A DNA stretch of 43,054 bases, from NCBI GenBank assembly GCA_032718475.1, contig JAUCBJ010004665.1, forward strand, positions 1 to 43,054, in the 5' to 3' direction. The notes under the pieces are model-generated. The model worked only from the letters and a program-made list of their open reading frames with translations, searched no databases and was not told where the DNA came from. The first letter of the stretch is position 1; every line of letters begins with the position of its first letter. Shown here in pieces: positions 37,301-43,054 of the stretch. This DNA is from Nemertoderma westbladi. Taxonomy: Eukaryota; Animalia; Xenacoelomorpha. The translations under genes were made by a program, and so were the position numbers.

Positions 37301-40300
37301 AAATGGGGTGGGTGGTATAGGGTATGATATGAAGGGTGTGGGTGTTATAGGGTATGATATGAAGGGTGTGGGTGGTATAGGGTATGATACGAAGGGTGTG
37401 GGTGGTATAGGGTATGATATGAAGGGTGTGGGTGGTATAGTGTATGATATGAAGGGTGTGGGTGGTATAGGGTATGATATGAATGGGGTGGGTGGTATAT
37501 GGTATGATATGAATGGGGTGGGTGGTATAGGGTATGATATGAAGGGGGTGGGTGGTATAGGGTATGATATGAAGGGTGTGGGTGGTATAGGGTATGATAC
37601 GAAGGGTGTGGGTGGTATAGGGTATGATATGAAGGGGGTGGGTGGTATAGGGTATGATATGAATGGGGTGGGTGGTATAGGGTATGATATGAAGAGTGTG
37701 GGTGGAATAGGGTATGATACGAAGGGTGTGGGTGGTATAGGGTATGATATGAAGGGTGTGGGTGGTATAGGGTATGATATGAAGGGTGTGGGTGGTATAG
37801 TGTATGATATGAAGGGTGTGGGTGGTATAGGGTATGATATGAATGGGGTGGGTGGTATATGGTATGATATGAATGGGGTGGGTGGTATAGGGTATGATAT
37901 GAAGGGGGTGGGTGGTATAGGGTATGATATGAAGGGTGTGGGTGGTATAGGGTATGATATGAAGGGTGTGGGTGGTATAGGGTATGATATGAAGGGTGTG
38001 GGTGGTATAGGGTATGATACGAAGGGTGTGGGTGGTATAGGGTATGATATGAAGGGTGTGGGTGGTATAGGGTATGATATGAAGGGTGTGGGTGGTATAG
38101 TGTATGATATGAAGGGTGTGGGTGGTATAGGGTATGATATGAATGGGGTGGGTGGTATATGGTATGATATGAATGGGGTGGGTGGTATAGGGTATGATAT
38201 GAAGGGGGTGGGTGGTATAGGGTATGATATGAAGGGTGTGGGTGGTATAGGGTATGATACGAAGGGTGTGGGTGGTATAGGGTATGATATGAAGGGGGTG
38301 GGTGGTATAGGGTATGATATGAATGGGGTGGGTGGTATAGGGTATGATATGAAGGGTGTGGGTGGTATAGGGTATGATATGAAGGGTGTGGGTGGTATAG
38401 GGTATGATACGAAGGGTGTGGGTGGTATAGGGTATGATATGAAGGGTGTGGGTGGTATAGGGTATGATACGAAGGGTGTGGGTGGTATAGGGTATGATAT
38501 GAAGGGGGTGGGTGGTATAGGGTATGATATGAATGGGGTGGGTGGTATAGGGTATGATATGAAGGGTGTGGGTGGTATAGGGTATGATACGAAGGGTGTG
38601 GGTGGTATAGGGTATGATATGAAGGGTGTGGGTGGAATAGGGTATGATACGAAGGGTGTGGGTGGTATAGGGTATGATATGAAGGGTGTGGGTGGTATAG
38701 GGTATGATATGAAGGGGGTGGGTGGTATAGGGTATGATATGAAGGGTGTGGGTGGTATAGGGTGTGAAATGAATGGGGTGGGTGGTATAGGGTATGATAT
38801 GAAGGGGGTGGGTGGTATAGGGTATGATATGAATGGGGTGGGTGGTATAGGGTATGATACGAAGGGTGTGGGTGGTATAGGGTATGATACGAAGGGTGTG
38901 GGTGGTATAGGGTGTGATATAAATGGGGTGGGTGGTATAGGGTATGATATGAAGGGTGTGGGTGGTATAGGGTATGATACGAAGGGTGTGGGTGGTATAG
39001 GGTGTGATATAAATGGGGTGGGTGGTATAGGGTATGATATGAAGGGTGTGGGTGGTATAGGGTATGATACGAAGGGTGTGGGTGGTATAGGGTATGATAT
39101 GAAGGGTGTGGGTGGTATAGGGTATGAGATGAAGGGTGTGGGTGGTATAGGGTATGATATGAAGGGTGTGGGTGGTATAGGGTATGATATGAAGGGGGTG
39201 GGTGGTATAGGGTATGATATGAATGGGGTGGGTGGTATAGGGTATGATATGAAGGGTGTGGGTGGTATAGGGTATGATATGGATGGGGTGGGTGGTATAT
39301 GGTATGATATGAAGGGGGTGGGTGGTATAGGGTATGATATGAAGGTTGTGGGTGGTATATGGTATGATATGAAGGGGGTGGGTGGTATAGGGTATGATAT
39401 GAAGGGTGTGGGTGGTATAGGGTATGATATGAAGGGTGTGGGTGGTATAGGGTATGATACGAAGGGTGTGGGTGGTATAGGGTATGATATGAAGGGTGTG
39501 GGTGGTATAGGGTATGATATGAAGGGTGTGGGTGGTATAGTGTATGATATGAAGGGTGTGGGTGGTATAGGGTATGATATGAATGGGGTGGGTGGTATAT
39601 GGTATGATATGAATGGGGTGGGTGGTATAGGGTATGATATGAAGGGGGTGGGTGGTATAGGGTATGATATGAAGGGTGTGGGTGGTATAGGGTATGATAT
39701 GAAGGGTGTGGGTGGTATAGGGTATGATATGAAGGGTGTGGGTGGTATAGGGTATGATATGAAGGGTGTGGGTGGTATAGTGTATGATATGAAGGGTGTG
39801 GGTGGTATAGGGTATGATATGAATGGGGTGGGTGGTATAGGGTATGATATGAATGGGGTGTGGGTGGTATAGGGTATGATACGAAGGGTGTGGGTGGTAT
39901 AGGGTATGATATGAAGGGTGTGGGTGGAATAGGGTATGATACGAAGGGTGTGGGTGGTATAGGGTATGATATGAAGGGTGTGGGTGGTATAGGGTATGAT
40001 ATGAAGGGGGTGGGTGGTATAGGGTATGATATGAAGGGTGTGGGTGGTATAGGGTATGATATGAAGGGTGTGGGTGGTATAGGGTATGATACGAAGGGTG
40101 TGGGTGGTATAGGGTATGATATGAAGGGTGTGGGTGGTATAGGGTATGATACGAAGGGTGTGGGTGGTATAGGGTGTGATATAAATGGGGTGGGTGGTAT
40201 AGGGTATGATATGAAGGGTGTGGGTGGTATAGGGTATGATACGAAGGGTGTGGGTGGTATAGGGTGTGATATAAATGGGGTGGGTGGTATAGGGTATGAT

Positions 40301-43050
40301 ATGAAGGGGGTGGGTGGTATAGGGTATGATATGAAGGGTGTGGGTGGTATAGGGTATGATATGAAGGGTGTGGGTGGTATAGGGTATGATACGAAGGGTG
40401 TGGGTGGTATAGGGTATGATATGAAGGGTGTGGGTGGTATAGGGTATGATACGAAGGGTGTGGGTGGTATAGGGTGTGATATAAATGGGGTGGGTGGTAT
40501 AGGGTATGATATGAAGGGTGTGGGTGGTATAGGGTATGATACGAAGGGTGTGGGTGGTATAGGGTGTGATATGAATGGGGTGGGTGGTATAGGGTATGAT
40601 ATGAAGGGTGTGGGTGGTATAGGGTATGATATGAAGGGTGTGGGTGGTATAGGGTATGATACGAAGGGTGTGGGTGGTATAGGGTATGATATGAAGGGTG
40701 TGGGTGGTATAGGGTATGATATGAATGGGGTGGGTGGTATAGGGTATGATATGAAGGGGGTGGGTGGTATAGGGTATGATATGAATGGGGTGGGTGGTAT
40801 AGGGTATGATATGAAGGGTGTGGGTGGTATAGGGTATGATACGAAGGGTGTGGGTGGTATAGGGTATGATATGAAGGGTGTGGGTGGAATAGGGTATGAT
40901 ACGAAGGGTGTGGGTGGTATAGGGTATGATATGAAGGGTGTGGGTGGTATAGGGTATGATATGAAGGGGGTGGGTGGTATAGGGTATGATATGAAGGGTG
41001 TGGGTGGTATAGGGTGTGAAATGAATGGGGTGGGTGGTATAGGGTATGATATGAAGGGGGTGGGTGGTATAGGGTATGATATGAATGGGGTGGGTGGTAT
41101 AGGGTATGATACGAAGGGTGTGGGTGGTATAGGGTATGATACGAAGGGTGTGGGTGGTATAGGGTGTGATATAAATGGGGTGGGTGGTATAGGGTATGAT
41201 ATGAAGGGTGTGGGTGGTATAGGGTATGATACGAAGGGTGTGGGTGGTATAGGGTGTGATATAAATGGGGTGGGTGGTATAGGGTATGATATGAAGGGTG
41301 TGGGTGGTATAGGGTATGATACGAAGGGTGTGGGTGGTATAGGGTATGATATGAAGGGTGTGGGTGGTATAGGGTATGAGATGAAGGGTGTGGGTGGTAT
41401 AGGGTATGATATGAAGGGTGTGGGTGGTATAGGGTATGATATGAAGGGGGTGGGTGGTATAGGGTATGATATGAATGGGGTGGGTGGTATAGGGTATGAT
41501 ATGAAGGGTGTGGGTGGTATAGGGTATGATATGGATGGGGTGGGTGGTATATGGTATGATATGAAGGGGGTGGGTGGTATAGGGTATGATATGAAGGGTG
41601 TGGGTGGTATATGGTATGATATGAAGGGGGTGGGTGGTATAGGGTATGATATGAAGGGTGTGGGTGGTATAGGGTATGATATGAAGGGTGTGGGTGGTAT
41701 AGGGTATGATACGAAGGGTGTGGGTGGTATAGGGTATGATATGAAGGGTGTGGGTGGTATAGGGTATGATATGAAGGGTGTGGGTGGTATAGTGTATGAT
41801 ATGAAGGGTGTGGGTGGTATAGGGTATGATATGAATGGGGTGGGTGGTATATGGTATGATATGAATGGGGTGGGTGGTATAGGGTATGATATGAAGGGGG
41901 TGGGTGGTATAGGGTATGATATGAAGGGTGTGGGTGGTATAGGGTATGATATGAAGGGTGTGGGTGGTATAGGGTATGATATGAAGGGTGTGGGTGGTAT
42001 AGGGTATGATATGAAGGGTGTGGGTGGTATAGTGTAGGATATGAAGGGTGTGGGTGGTATAGGGTATGATATGAATGGGGTGGGTGGTATAGGGTATGAT
42101 ATGAATGGGGTGTGGGTGGTATAGGGTATGATACGAAGGGTGTGGGTGGTATAGGGTATGATATGAAGGGTGTGGGTGGAATAGGGTATGATACGAAGGG
42201 TGTGGGTGGTATAGGGTATGATATGAAGGGTGTGGGTGGTATAGGGTATGATATGAAGGGGGTGGGTGGTATAGGGTATGATATGAAGGGTGTGGGTGGT
42301 ATAGGGTGTGAAATGAATGGGGTGGGTGGTATAGGGTATGATATGAAGGGGGTGGGTGGTATAGGGTATGATATGAATGGGGTGGGTGGTATAGGGTATG
42401 ATACGAAGGGTGTGGGTGGTATAGGGTATGATACGAAGGGTGTGGGTGGTATAGGGTGTGATATAAATGGGGTGGGTGGTATAGGGTATGATATGAAGGG
42501 TGTGGGTGGTATAGGGTATGATACGAAGGGTGTGGGTGGTATAGGGTGTGATATAAATGGGGTGGGTGGTATAGGGTATGATATGAAGGGTGTGGGTGGT
42601 ATAGGGTATGATACGAAGGGTGTGGGTGGTATAGGGTATGATATGAAGGGTGTGGGTGGTATAGGGTATGAGATGAAGGGTGTGGGTGGTATAGGGTATG
42701 ATATGAATGGGGTGGGTGGTATAGGGTATGATATGAAGGGTGTGGGTGGTATAGGGTATGATATGGATGGGGTGGGTGGTATATGGTATGATATGAAGGG
42801 GGTGGGTGGTATAGGGTATGATATGAAGGGTGTGGGTGGTATATGGTATGATATGAAGGGGGTGGGTGGTATAGGGTATGATATGAAGGGTGTGGGTGGT
42901 ATAGGGTATGATATGAAGGGAGTGGGTGGTATAGGGTATGATATGAAGGGTGTGGGTGGTATAGGGTATGATATGAAGGGGGTGGGTGGTATAGGGTATG
43001 ATATGAAGGGTGTGGGTGGTATAGGGTATGATATGAAGGGGGTGGGTGGT
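37301..43050. repeat. 30-bp G-rich, strand-asymmetric satellite, ~190 copies
   Basis: Unit gggtggtatagggtatgatatgaagggtgt; almost no C on the + strand. Confidence 0.98.
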
Positions 43051-43054
43051 GTTA

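Noticed and set aside
37308-42037. 854- and 725-aa GVGGIGYDMK ORFs resembling a Gly/Tyr-rich structural protein
   Set aside because: 30-bp satellite; annotated starts are GTG, no signal peptide or unique termini, 2-bp frameshifts and a stop within the array

Overview
AT-rich eukaryotic DNA, most likely an invertebrate animal. More than half of the window is tandem repeat: 66-, 55- (twice), 35- and 30-bp satellites plus several minisatellites. Embedded in it is a tandemly duplicated ~6.5-7 kb cassette (about 9.2-15.7 kb and 15.8-22.7 kb). Each copy carries two intronless minus-strand genes for type II transmembrane fibrinogen-domain (FReD/FBG, FIBCD1-like architecture) proteins: a complete gene A and a C-terminally truncated gene B. 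The main signal is how these receptors differ. A2 has its cytoplasmic tyrosine motif amplified about 12 times. A1 and A2 differ at positions that align with the ligand pocket while their flanks stay nearly identical. The centre of the cassette is mosaic, and both B copies end in different minisatellites at almost the same codon. The rest is RTE-like LINE fragments, MITEs and three tRNA-derived elements. The long ORFs over the satellites are artefacts. All counts and alignments were done by eye.
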